This document shows positions 51,328 to 64,000 of a stretch of 64,000 nucleotides of DNA, piece after piece (the stretch's first letter is position 1; each line of letters begins with the position of its first letter). Under the pieces are notes generated by a model. It had not been told where the DNA came from. It did no database searches and saw only the letters and a program-made list of their open reading frames with translations. The DNA comes from Octopus bimaculoides (lineage: Eukaryota). The DNA is taken from positions 19,713,670 to 19,777,669 of the forward strand of contig NC_068989.1 of the NCBI RefSeq assembly GCF_001194135.2, read 5' to 3'. The position numbers were made by a program, and so were the translations under genes.

Positions 51328-52051
51328 GAGAGATATGTTAAAGTAGATGTGCATGATATTAATCATGCACATACACTCACATACATGTATGTGTGTTTCT
51401 CTGATCGATGGGCAATTTGAATTTTCTGACCTGCAGTCTGTTGTTACTTGTTATAAGACTGTCATTCACTTCTGCTCAATGTGAAATATTTCCCAGTGAA
51501 CACCGTTGATGTTCAAAGACTTTTAAGATTGTTTCTTGTGTTACCATGAAATCTCTTCATTGGTTTTTCACAGGAGAGACTGTCTGAGAACTAATTCTCC
51601 ATTCTGATCACAAGTCTGTAGTACAAGGTTACAGTGCTGTTATTTCAACCCCTGGTCATCCTTGGGTGCTGCTATATATCTTTTTTCTATAGTAGCCTAG
51701 TTTATATAAATCTGTTTTGAAGGTTGCCACCAACTGTTAAGCTAGTTATTAGTAAATAATATTTAAATGATGCTATAGTTATGCTCAACAATAAATGAGA
51801 AAATGAAACAAAAAAGGTATTTAGTGTAAATCATGGTTGCTATAATATGACACTTTACACTTGCATTTTGTATTGAGTGTTACATATAAAAGTAATGCAC
51901 TTTGATTGAATTAATTTCAGTGAAGTAAAAAACATAAATATATATATAATATACATGTATCAATGTATGTGTATATGCATGCATATATACATACTCATGT
52001 GTGCATGTATGTGTATATATATATATGCATACATACACACACACACACACA

Positions 52052-52095
<44 letters not shown>

Positions 52096-52097
<2 letters not shown>

Positions 52098-52172
52098 TTT
52101 ATTTAAAAGCAGCAGAAATATAACAAAAGACTGTTACTCTGAGTTAGAAAAACTGTCCGATGAATGGGAATG
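52096..52172. mobile_element. Probable Penelope-like terminal fragment with two inverted hammerhead halves, cut by an assembly gap
   Basis: Follows (AT)n. Minus strand 52145-52130 = AA CUC A GAG UA ACAGU; plus strand 52152-52172 = ACUGU CCGAUGA AUG GGAA UG, then N gap. Confidence 0.4.
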
Positions 52173-55100
52173 NNNNNNNNNNNNNNNNNNNNNNNNNNNN
52201 NNNNNNNNNNNNNNNNNNNNNNNNNNNNNNNNNNNNNNNNNNNNNNNNNNNNNNNNNNNNNNNNNNNNNNNNNNNNNNNNNNNNNNNNNNNNNNNNNNNN
52301 NNNNNNNNNNNNNNNNNNNNNNNNNNNNNNNNNNNNNNNNNNNNNNNNNNNNNNNNNNNNNNNNNNNNNNNNNNATATATAACATTATTTTACTTTACAT
52401 TTTCCTCAAATCTAAATGTTTGCTAATGTACAAAAAATAGGATTCAACCAAAATTCTTTACTGAATTTTAAAAAAAAACACCACCACCACCACCACCACC
52501 ATACCACTGCTAATAGCACTGCAATATAAACTCATCAAGTTCTGTTTTATGAAAAAAAAAAAAAAAATGCATTTTGCAAACTAACCCAAATTGATCTTGA
52601 ATCTGGCCTCAGAACACAAATTCAGGTAACCAAATATCAGCAGCTTTCAGCTAAATTCTATGTTATTAACCATGTTTATTTATAGGGTGACATAACTCTC
52701 TACTTCACTGATGTATTTATTTATATATTTTGGTTTGTTTCCTTGTTTATTTTGTTTACAGGTTGACTTTGCCCTTCATCCTTTCGGGGTTGATAAAATA
52801 AGTACCACTTGATCACTGGGGTCAATATAATTGTCTTACCCTTACCACCCGAAATTGCTGGCCTTGTGCCAAAATTTGAAATCATAATTATTAAGTACTT
52901 CCAGTCCAGTATTGGCTGCTCTTCCTACTGCAGCAGCTAAACTAGATACCAGTAACATGCAGGGGTGTGTAAATAAACACCAGTAATGTACTTAGTTGAG
53001 TTTAACCAACTATCTGTAGTTTAACCTACACTGTTAAAGTTGGCCTTGTTGCTCAGCCAAAGCATAAATTATTATTGGGAGGAAAGTGCAACATGTTTGT
53101 TGTTTTAGCTCAAAGTTGGTCCTGAATAGATCCTCCATCAATGATATCCCAGCTGTGATTTTCTTGTCTTTTCCTTTTTATATCATTCTAGTACCATATA
53201 TTATCCAATGTCTCTTTTATTAAGACAATAGGGTGTGATTTGAGGGAGATTTTTAGCAAGTTGATTGACTATGTAGAAGCTTCTTTGTTGGCTTATGAAT
53301 AAATACAAGAAAGTAATTAAAAAAAATATTTAGAAAAGGTTTGAAGCTTCCCATTTCCTTTTATCTATTTGAATCTAAGCTTTCATGACTATTTAAAAAT
53401 TATTTTTTAATTAATTTCTTTACTTTTTATAGTTTGTTTTTAATTAAATCACAAAAGTATGAGAGTTGATTGTCACACTGTACAATAATATTACCAGAGC
53501 TCAATATATCACACAGTTGGGGATTGAAGTCTGAGTTTACCCAGACTGATTAGTGTTCAAAATACTGGTGCATTATTCGACAAAACCAAATCTTAATTTT
53601 GTTGAATTAAAAAAATAAGATTTTTGCTATGAAATTCCATATTTCCTTGCATTTTAACTCTTTTGATACCAACCCTCTTGGGACTGCTCCTGGTTCTATG
53701 ATACAGGCTTCTTGTTTTAAGGTGATCTAAATCAAAACCCTGCATCAAAATTCTTTGTAAATTTAAGTTCCAAAAACCAGTTTAATAATGAGTAAATTAG
53801 TTTACTAAATTCTTCATTATTTTTCAAAATTAATTAAAACAAAAGCAGTGTTATTTCAATAAGAATATGGTAACAAGAGGGTTAAACTCAAATTGAGATA
53901 TATAAGAGAAAAATTTCAATATAGTTTGACTAAAATTCTTCAAGGCGGTGCCATAGCAAAGCTGCAGTCAAATTACTGAAGCAAGTAAAATATAAAAGAT
54001 TTAAAAAAAAAAAAAAAAATTCTGCCAATCTATTTGTGATTCTAGACCCTGTTTTATCAGTTCTGTATTAAGCGTAAGAAAATACAGTGGGGAAATTTGA
54101 GCTTTGTTTTTTAACTTGTGAATCTTACCAAAAATTTTATACTGTACTTGTACTTTTTTTTTTTTTGTATTATTGTTGATTATTTTTCCTTTGTATATTT
54201 CATGGTGTCAACAGGTTTTCTTGGTATCTGGAAGTTTTTAAGACTTTCTTTCAACCATCAAATTGATTAACTGATGCTTAAGTAAAAATGCTTAGCAAAA
54301 AAAATAAAAAAGAAAAAGCGCAGAGGAACAAATAAAATGAATTATCCAATAATTTATTTATACATAAAATTATATATATAACTCTCATATATGTATAAAT
54401 ATATACATGCACTCTTTGTATGTATTTATATAAAGCTAACCTACATATAACTATGTATGTATAATGCTATAAGTATACATATAAAGCTATATATATATAT
54501 AAAGCTATATATATATGAACTGTTTTTTGGGAGGTTTATTCTGCCAATAAACTGAATATGCACTGTTAGAAAAACCCCGGAAAAATTTGGTCTTTCATAT
54601 CCTGAGATATTTTCACAAATTTACCAGAAAAAAAATTATTTTTGTTCTTTGAAAAAAAATAAATAAATAAACCAATCCAAACAAAACCAAAAACTTCACA
54701 CTTCTTTTGGATACTTGCTTACTCTTTGTCTCTTGTTAGTTACTATCTCTCTCTCTCCAACATTGTTGAGTTGAAGAAGGCAATCAAAAATATTACTTGT
54801 AATCATCTGTTTCTTTTAAACTCTAGTTTTTAGTTCTATTTGCAGTTTGTACTAATTATTTATTTTCCAAAATAAATCTGTATTTAAATAAAAACAAACA
54901 AACAAAATAAATTCTAGAATTTTTATTTTGATTTTATTATTTTCTGGCTTGTTTTTTATATTTTTCGATGACCTCTCAACTATCACATTATATATCCATT
55001 AATATAAACATATAATTCATTATTAGTGATGGAAGCAGTATTAGTTCAAATTAGCATTCTGTATCATCATACTTAGAAAACATTATATTTCTGTATTTTT

Positions 55101-57002
55101 TAACATTAAATACAAGATGCTTTCTCAAGACAAATATTGCAGTTTCCAGGTTTCCTACAGTATATCTGCCTGAAATATGATATACAGAATGCTTATCATC
55201 ATCATCATTGTGGGTTAATGTTTGCCTTCAATGCTGGCCTGGGTTGGGCAGGAGCCAACCAGGTAGAACACTACATGAGATTTATGTGTCTGTTTTAGCA
55301 TGATTTTTATGGCTGGATGCCCTTCCAAATGCCAACCACTTCACAATGTGAACTGGATGCTTTTCACATATGTATATGTATGTATGTCCTTTTTCTAAAG
55401 GAAACAGCATTTTGGTAACTCAAATCAAATTCTGTTCACTTAAAGAATCATCCAAGAATGGTTTTTTGGTAAATACATTAAAATTTCTGATAAGTTACCT
55501 GTAAAGGCATGCATGCACATACATTGTCTTCTGTAAAATTATATGCATCCACAACCAGACTCACCTATTCTCCCAGTTAAATCTTTGTAATCCAGTGCTT
55601 CCTAAACCTTTTGAAAAGGCCACCTACTTTTGAAGTTGGCCATTGCTTCTAATACCCCCCACCCATTCCCCAGAGTCTCACATTTTTATTTGAAAATATT
55701 TTTTAAAATGATAAAAAAAAAAAAAAAGTCCACATTTTTAGGTGTTCAACAATAAAATAATTTAACCATTTTTAATTCTGAACAGTAACATTTGAAAATT
55801 AAAACATGGTATAAAAGTATCTTAAAAAAAATCTTTGTATGATTAAATTATTTGAAACTATTAATTTCATCATTCTGGTCCTCATTTCTATAATTTAAAA
55901 AAAGAAAAACAGAAAAGCTTTATTCTTCACATTGTAATGTTTTAATATATATCATGAATCAAGACACAACTGTCTTTTAAAAGATTTTAAAGTAAAAATT
56001 ACTCTCTTCATCTCCAGTAAATTGTATTTTATGTTTGTCCTCTTGGAAACACTATTCTATGTGGTCCATGCTCCATATTTAAAAATAAACTTAGACACCA
56101 TTCTCCAAGTTCAATCTTTTGTTATACATAAAACTATGAGTGAAGTTGCCTTTAACCAAGTCAATACGATCTTGTTGTTCTCTATTGTCCCATTGAAAGG
56201 ATTAATAGCTTGTATCTCATTGTTGGTGCTATGCAGTTCCTTGGTTAAACTACTTAATTTTCTGTTACGCAATGTTGAGGTGGTTCACTTATACTGCTAT
56301 ATCTAGGTGCTAAGCAGTGGGATCACTGCATAAAGAATGTAATTATTTTTCTTAGCTTCTAGTGCTGGACTGAAATCCTTTCATGGGCCTTAAGATGGCA
56401 ACAACTAATCACTCTAATGTATTCTTGCTTTTCAATCAGTCATGAACACAAGTTCATTAATCATCATCATTATTTAACGTCCACTTTCCATGCTGGCATG
56501 AGTTGGACGGTTTGACATGGAGCTGTCAATTGTCTGTTGTGACATTGTTTCAATGGCTGGATGCCCTTCCTAATGCCAATCACTTAACAGAATGTGCTGG
56601 GTGTCTTTTTTTTTATGTGCCACCGGCATGGGTTCTTTTTATGGGGCACCAGCACCTGAAAGGACAAGCCTGTATGTGTGGAAGACAGCAATGTCTCTAA
56701 ACCCTAATGAATTTCAGACATTGCTTTTTGTAGCCTTACATACACATTACATCAACTGATGATATGGTAATGGTAATTAGTGAGTTAGTACAGAAGTAAT
56801 TAATAGTAAACACAAATTAAATACATGAAAAATGTATGTGTGGTTAACATTTCAAGAAGCAAATATACTAAATATACTGGATAAGAATTGGAGCATTTAT
56901 TGTAAATTTGAATATACTGAACACTGCACTATATTTATAAGCTTGTATATTATCTTCATTCTAAGTTTTGCAGGCCATCTGGCTTCATTATATTTAGATG
57001 AA

Positions 57003-57036
<34 letters not shown>

Positions 57037-59679
57037 ACAATAATCTGATTAAGATTAAACTGATAAGCCAAATACAAGTTGTATCTGCTTCTTACAAAAC
57101 TCAAAGGAAAAGAATTTTTCTTTTTCATTTAACCTTCAGAATATTACAGCTAGAAGAAAAAAATATTTGCCCTACATAAGCAAGAGTATACTTGTAAGAA
57201 CACTTGATTTAAAGTGTTTATATGTATTACACTCCGAACACACACACACACACACACATATATGTTCAATATATTCAAATATCTTAGTTCTGTACAGTAT
57301 GAAGGCCCAATATGATGAGAGAATATACTTGTGGCAGTTGCAGTAGAGCTATACTGATAGAATGCCTTCTTTTCTATTGTGCATGCTCTACACATATGCT
57401 CCAAAACATCTTGGCTATAACTCAGAAATTATGCTGGGCTAAAATGCTTTATAATATATCAAACATATATCAAATTTGATCAACAGTCTATAAGCTATTT
57501 AGTACATTCTGGAAATAATCATTTTAGACTTTTTGTCAACTTTGTATCAGTGTGTTGGTTTGTGGCTGATATATGTAGCAATGTAAGAGTTTAGCTGATG
57601 AAATTGTGATTAGAATTGAAATAGCTGTACACTAGCTGTTGAAATAATGTTCTTTGCTTTGTATTTTTAATATAGTCTTGCTGTTGCAAAGATTCTGAAT
57701 TAAAAATATATTATTATTATTATTATTGAACTTTATATAAAAATTGATAGATCATGCTTCTTTGTAGAAGGCTTATGTTTCCAATGTATTTTAAAAGGAG
57801 AGGAGTAGTGAAAATAGGGACAGCCTATTTCTATTGAAGATCAATGATTTTTTTTGTATTAAAAGCAGGAAATATTTTTAAATGTTAAATGCTTGTACTA
57901 AACCTTCCATTGTATTTGCTTTCTGCTGTATTGTTGATGGAAATAGTCAACTTTTTGAGCCAATGATGTTTTCTTCTTGCCAGTTTTATAAGTGGAGGAA
58001 ATTTGATTCTTCACAAACTGAAGAATGACTATAAACTAGTTTCAATTTTTTGTTAAGTGTAAGGAGATGAGCTGGCAAAACTGTTAGCACATTGGACTAA
58101 AATGCTTAGTGGCATTTTTTCTGATTCATTACATTTGGAGTTCAAATTTTACTGAGGTCAACTTTGCCTTTCATCTTTACAGGGTCGATAAAATAAGTAC
58201 CAGTCAAGCACTGGGGTTGATGTAAACAACTAACCCCCATCCTCTAAAAAAAAAAAAAAAAAGAAACTGCTGGCATTGTGCCAAAATTAGAAACCAATTT
58301 TTTGTTGAATGTATGTTTGAACTATGGTGCATAGAAATAAAAACAGTAATTTGTGTATTTATATTGTAATACACAGATACATAAATATTAAAAATACATA
58401 AATATATTTTTCACAGAATTGATATAAAGATAATTTGCGATAGTTACTGGGATGTATCTTTCACAATTATCTCTTGTCAAAATTATTATCTACCAATTGG
58501 TAAATGAGGTGAATATTTTGTCCTTGCCACAGTAAACAGGTAGTTATCTCTTTGCCAAACATACCTGATAGATTATCCTGTCAAAGGTGAATTAATCTGT
58601 TCAATCATAAGTCATGGTCAATAAATCTTTTACACAAAGAAGAAAAAAAAAAAAAGAAAAAAGTGTGGAAAAAATTCATTTATTGATCACAAATGATAAC
58701 AGAAATGTTGAATTTTTTTTTACTTCATGTTTAGTTGTTTTTGCTATTGTTATTTCTGTAGCTGTTGTTTTACAAATTAATAATGACTGGATTTTTTATT
58801 CAAAGTATCTTGTTTTTAATTATTGTTGTTGTTGTTATTTTACCAACTGTCAGCATGAAAACTTACATTTACCATAACTGAATTTTCAGGTCTCATTAGG
58901 AATCTATATTAAAATAAAGTTAGAATTTGGTTTTAAAACAGGAAAAACAATATCAATGAAATTCACCACCTGGATATTCTACTTTGACTTTTGAGGTTAC
59001 CACTTCAGCTGTGTAGTCAAGAGTTTGTTTTCTAACTACAGGGTCTTAGCTTCAGTCACATTGTGTGGCACCCTGGACAAGTATCTTCTACTGTAACCCT
59101 GGGCTGTCCAAAACCTCATGAGTGGATTTGATAAATGGAAGCTGAAAGAAACCAGATGCACATACAGGCAATCTTTCAGAGAAAGTGTATCAAAACTGAA
59201 AGTATTTGGCAATTTCTGTAAAATTTTTTTATTTCTTTAATCCCCCCCACCCGCTGGAACACGTATGTTTATGTATTTTTTTGTATATGTATGTATGTGT
59301 TATACGAACATATGCATGCATGTGCAAATGGGTGTCTGCATGAGAGTATTTGCCTCTTTCACTTGACATCATGTTAGTTATAAATGAGTGTCACCATCAT
59401 AAAAACGAATGGTGATGTTCATTTCCACTCTTCCACAAAAACATGTCTGGCTGTGAAGGAATATTTATTGTCTCAGAAACAGGTGAAGACTGGTGACAGG
59501 AGGCCATGTTGACTGTAGAAAATCTGCCTCAATGAATTCTGTCTGACCCAAGGAAACCTAGAAAAGTGGATGCTAAAAATGATGATGATTACTTGAATAT
59601 ATTTTATCGCATTATTTCAATGGAAAGCTATCTTAAATCATGTTGCAGTCATACTTGGAATGACTACATAAAATGGGTG

Positions 59680-60030
59680 CAGGCATGGCTGTGTGGTAAT
59701 AAAGCTTGCTCCCCAACCACTAACCACATGATTTCAGGTTCGGTCCCACTGCATGGCACCATGGGCAAGTGTCTTCTAGCTGGGCCGACCAAAGACCTGT
59801 GAGTGGATTTAGCAGATTGGAAACTGCAAGCCCATCATATGTGTGTGTGTGCTTTTATGTTTGTGTGTCTCCTACACCACTTGACAACCAGTGTTGGTTT
59901 GTTTACACCCCCATAACTTAGTGGTTTCAGCAAAAGAGACCAGTAGGACAAGTACCAGAAGTACTGGAGTCGACTTGTTCAACTAAAACCCTTCAAGACT
60001 GAAGTCCAATGACTGAAACAAAAAGATAAA
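59680..60030 (+). mobile_element. Diverged SINE family A copy
   Basis: Same head, body and GACTGAAACAAAAGA end. Confidence 0.75.
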
Positions 60031-60539
60031 AAGGCAGCTGTTGTTGCTAAGTTGCAACACTATCACCTGACCTGTGGATATGGATTGCCACCACTATTGC
60101 CACCACCATGCAAGCTAACAAGGAAACCTCTATTAGGTTGCTTGGCATGCTAGAAATAGCAGCTGAATATTCCTCATATTATACCCTGTTGTTGCAAAAC
60201 AACAGGCAGGACATAGTGGACTACGTACTGTTTGATATGCATGAGTGAAGCCCTTTTTGTCATAAGTCTGCTCAATCAGAGGAGCTAAACAACAACGATA
60301 ACACCTCAACCTCAGGTGTGTTTAAAAGGGTTCACTCTGTTATAATCATTAAAGGAGACACTCTCCTTGTTTATCCAGCTGGCATTGAATTCAGATGCCT
60401 GGGTTATGTATTGGTCACAACTTTTACACCAGTCTGGGAAGTGTGTCCTGCAGAAGACAGACATTGTCCTTCCTTCTGCGACTTAAAAAAAAAAAAAAGA
60501 TAAAAATAGACCTTGGTAAAAAAAGAAGAAAAAAACCCC

Positions 60540-61180
60540 CAGGCTCTATATGTGTTGCCAACAAATGAAGGAAGTCACAGAGGGGGCAGTATTAATACAT
60601 ATAATCGAGTGTATCCAGTGACTCAGTTTTCAGTGAGACCAAGTAGTGCTGACAATAAGTGTAGAAATTCGGGAACCATGGTCACTGGTTTGTGTCAGTA
60701 AACATTAGTCCTCCGGTTCAGAATCCAACATTTCACATTCTTGCTCTGCCCCGGACAGTCGACAAGATACAGTGGTGTTGTCACCTTGTCCCTCAATATG
60801 GCAAATGAAGAATGAACTAAAAGAAAGGAGTCTTGTGGGGAGAAAAGAAAAAAAAAATGTGTGAGGTGGTGTGAAGTGGATGACAGGAGAAGAATGAGGT
60901 CAAGTGAAGGGAGAATGGTATAAAAAATATCACATAAGGGGTAAAAAAAAACCTACTGAAAACTAGTGGACACGTGCACACACACAGAAGTGAGGAGGGA
61001 ATATGATGGGGAAAAGGATGGTAGAAGGAGCTCACATCTAGAATTGAGATCAATAAGGAATTGTATACAAATCTGTGGCTAGCATCAAGAGATAGTCCAG
61101 AACTTGATAGTAATAAGAAGTGGCAGAAAATGGAGAGAAGTATGAAGGTTGAAAGAGAGGGTAGGTATATTAAGTGAGAA
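60540..61180 (+). mobile_element. Very old RTE-like ORF2 3' remnant
   Basis: Faint motifs across frames: KEVTE..YI*SSVSSD, VTGLCQ*TLVLRFR, VRWCEV..RMRS, MMGKRMVE, KKWQKMERS. Confidence 0.4.
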
Positions 61181-61213
61181 GAATACAACTATATGCCACA
61201 TGTATAAAGTCAT

Positions 61214-61602
61214 GTTATGTGTTGGCACTCCGTCGCTTACGACGTTGAGGGTTCCAGTTGATCCGATCAATGGAACAGCCTGCAAGTGAAATTAACGTGC
61301 AAGTGGCTGAGCACTCCACAGACACGTGCACCCTTAACGTAGTTCTCAGGGATATTCAGCGTCACACAGTGTGACGAGGCTGACCCTTTGAATTACAGGT
61401 ACAACAGAAACAGGAAGTAAGAGTGAGAGAAAGTTGTGGTGAAAGAGTACAGCAGAGTTCGCCACCATCCCCTGCCGGCGCCTTGTGGAGCTTTTAGGTG
61501 TTTTTGCTCAATAAACACTCACAACGTCCGGTTTGGGAATCGAAACCGCGATCCTATGACTGCGAGTCCGCTGCCCTAACCACTGGGCCATTGCGCCTCC
61601 AC
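61214..61602 (-). mobile_element. Full-length tRNA-derived SINE with 10-bp TSD ATAAAGTCAT
   Basis: Head GTGGAGGCGCAATGGCCCAGTGGTTAGGGCAGCGG...GGTTTCGATTCCC (A and B boxes); TSD at 61204-61213 and 61603-61612; tail ...GGAGTGCCAACAC. Confidence 0.9.
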
Positions 61603-63727
61603 ATAAAGTCATATACATTGTTCTATGTACAACTATATAGAATACAACTATAATGCACTGAGCATACACAGTATGTGTGAAGTTGTATGTCCATAAAATA
61701 CACACAACCTGAACACACAAGTCTTGTCTTGGCTCTCAACTCCTAATAGGACTGCCACTGTTATCTGGCAGGGCCTATCCCCCTTCAGGCCTAACCACAG
61801 CTGATTTCTTCTAGAAAGAGAGCACAACAGAGAACAAAAAGAAAAAGAGGAAAATCAACCCTAGTACAGAGTAGGTACTTTATCGACCCTGAAAAGATGA
61901 AAGGCAAAGCTGAACCATAGCAGTATTAGAACTCAGGGTGTAGAGAGCCAAAATGAATACCACAAGGCAATTTATTTGACACTCTAATGACTTGGCTGAT
62001 TTGCTACAGACACATACACAAAACTAATGAATACAAGTCATATAACTAAATACACACACACACACACATATACATGGAAACTATATGAAGGTGCAGAATT
62101 TGCAGAACAGGGGTGCCCAGTTTTGAAGATAATGCATTTTCCCTTGTGTTTGTGGGTGTCATTAGAAAGTGTTGCAAAACATCACAGAAGTGGTCAGAGA
62201 CGAAATCAGGTGAGTTAAAGAATCAAGCTGTATGGGGGCACACTAGGCATTATTTGGGACATCGAGCTCATGAGATTATCTTCCAACAAATAACTGATTT
62301 CACCTATGTACAATGCATTACAGGGTTAACATGCTATGCAGCATATTATGTTGGAGAAAATGTAGTGAAAGTAGTTTATCACAATGGCTGCAGACTTGGA
62401 GCCTAGTAAAGGAGATGAAGGGAACAAGTAAGGCAACAAAGTTGGGAGCACGTGGATGTACCTGGCTGGGTGTACTCAGAGAAAAGAGAACTCCTGATTA
62501 GAAGGCACAGAGACTTTTACCCTTTTTTGGAAAGAAAAATGTAGCTTTGCGGTCAGATTGCAGAAAGTTTAAGTTGCAAAAGAGAAACCTTGCTGAAGTA
62601 GCTAAGTCACAACTGGAAGCTGATGAGAAAGGAAAGTTCATAATCTAGGAGGGTTGAGTACATGGTGTAGGTGTGACTGAGGGATTGGGCTGGGAGGATA
62701 AAGTGATGCATAAGCTTCAACTTGGAAACAAGTTTGGTCATTATTGCAAAGGTGATGAAGCTGGAGGGATTACGAAAAGAAGACAGATTTGGTGTGTGTT
62801 GGGGATGTGGGGAAGAAAAGCCATGGCAGCATTGACAAACTGTAAGGTTTATAGCAGACTGATGTGGAGAAGTGGATGGTGTCAATACGGACAGAAATGG
62901 GTAGGAAGTTGGAGGCATTAGAGAAGTGAATTCCAGTGAGGAATGGAAGTTATTGCTGAACAATATGAAAAAGGGTGAGTTGCACTCCAGTGAATGAGGT
63001 GGCATCAATACAGTCATCAACTGTCCATAAGATTCAAGGGTCATCCCAGTAAACTGAGTGTAAATTCAGGCTCCAATGTAGCCTACAAATTGATATAATT
63101 GCAACTCAGATTGGTACCTATGGTTTCACTGCTTCAATGTTGCTAGGATGAGTTCAACGAAACAGAAGTGTACAGATGCTGGGTTTAATTGTGACATGCC
63201 AGTCAAGAGAAGAATCTAAGAGCTAAGAGGTCATCACTGTAATGTGAGATAATGGCATACAGAGATTTGATGTTCTCTGGTACTGCACAGCAAGTAGGGC
63301 TTCTGTTGGTCAAGGAATGCAAAAAGGCATCTGCACTGTCCGCATTTCTTGTCAACATTATGATCAGTTGCTCTGCAATTTGAGACCTATAGAATAGGAA
63401 GTCTCTTACTAAATTGATGACAGGAAGTGTATTTGGCCACACGATCGTGCTTCAAGTATGACCCTGTGAAATCCATACTAGCATAGAAAAATGGACATTA
63501 AACCAGTGAACATACAATCTTTGTGTCCATCTAAACATAGCGTGATTTTGTAAACTCATAGCAGTAAAAGTGGAGATTAGAAGTAACATATCAATGAGAG
63601 AGAGAGAGAAAGAGAGAGAGAGTGTGTAGTGTTTGTAGATGCATATATATTTGTGTATTAGCAAAAAGTACAAGCTTCAGACAGTGCATATATCATCATT
63701 CATGGTTTAATGTCTACCTTCCATGTT

Positions 63728-64000
63728 GGGTATATGATTATACATACATACATACATATACATACATATATATATATATACATACATATATATATATACA
63801 TACATACATATATACATACATACATATATACATACATACATATATATATACATACATATATATATATATATACATACATATATATATACATACACAGATA
63901 TATACATACAGATATATATATACATACACAGATATATATATACATACATATATATATACATACATATATATATATATACATACATATATATATACATACA
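63728..64000. repeat. Compound (TA)n/(TACA)n microsatellite running to the window end
   Basis: Direct reading. Confidence 0.95.

Noticed and set aside
61530-61602. tRNA-like sequences (also near 35927, 38608, 39915, 44140 and the minus strand near 1390-1465)
   Set aside because: They have A/B boxes but no complete cloverleaf or acceptor stem, and they continue into SINE bodies (two with TSDs). SINE heads, not tRNA genes.
62400-63060. 145-aa minus-strand ORF in a purine-skewed segment; possible decayed LINE endonuclease
   Set aside because: The motif similarity is too faint to assign. The strand skew explains the lack of stops.

Overview
AT-rich, microsatellite-dense animal genomic DNA with several N gaps. 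The repeat families (tRNA-headed SINEs, RTE LINEs ending in (GAT)n, (AT)n-embedded Penelope-like pieces) point to an octopod cephalopod; this is inferred from recalled repeat sequences, not from a database search. The only host gene I can support is an ANKRD29-like ankyrin-repeat gene on the + strand. Seven coding exons (1859-44512, 299 aa, all phase-0 GT-AG introns) are in the window; its first exons lie upstream. The introns and 3' flank hold SINEs, RTE fragments, a decayed I-group LINE, a decayed CRE-like (restriction-like endonuclease) retrotransposon, Tc1/mariner- and piggyBac-type MITEs and a Helentron-type element. The most notable unannotated signal is a near-canonical type I hammerhead ribozyme on the minus strand (14800-14873), inside a 221-bp element inserted in an (AT)n tract. 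Three further decayed or split hammerhead-like motifs occur in other short elements, two of them next to (AT)n tracts. Repeat boundaries are approximate unless a TSD or TIR is quoted.
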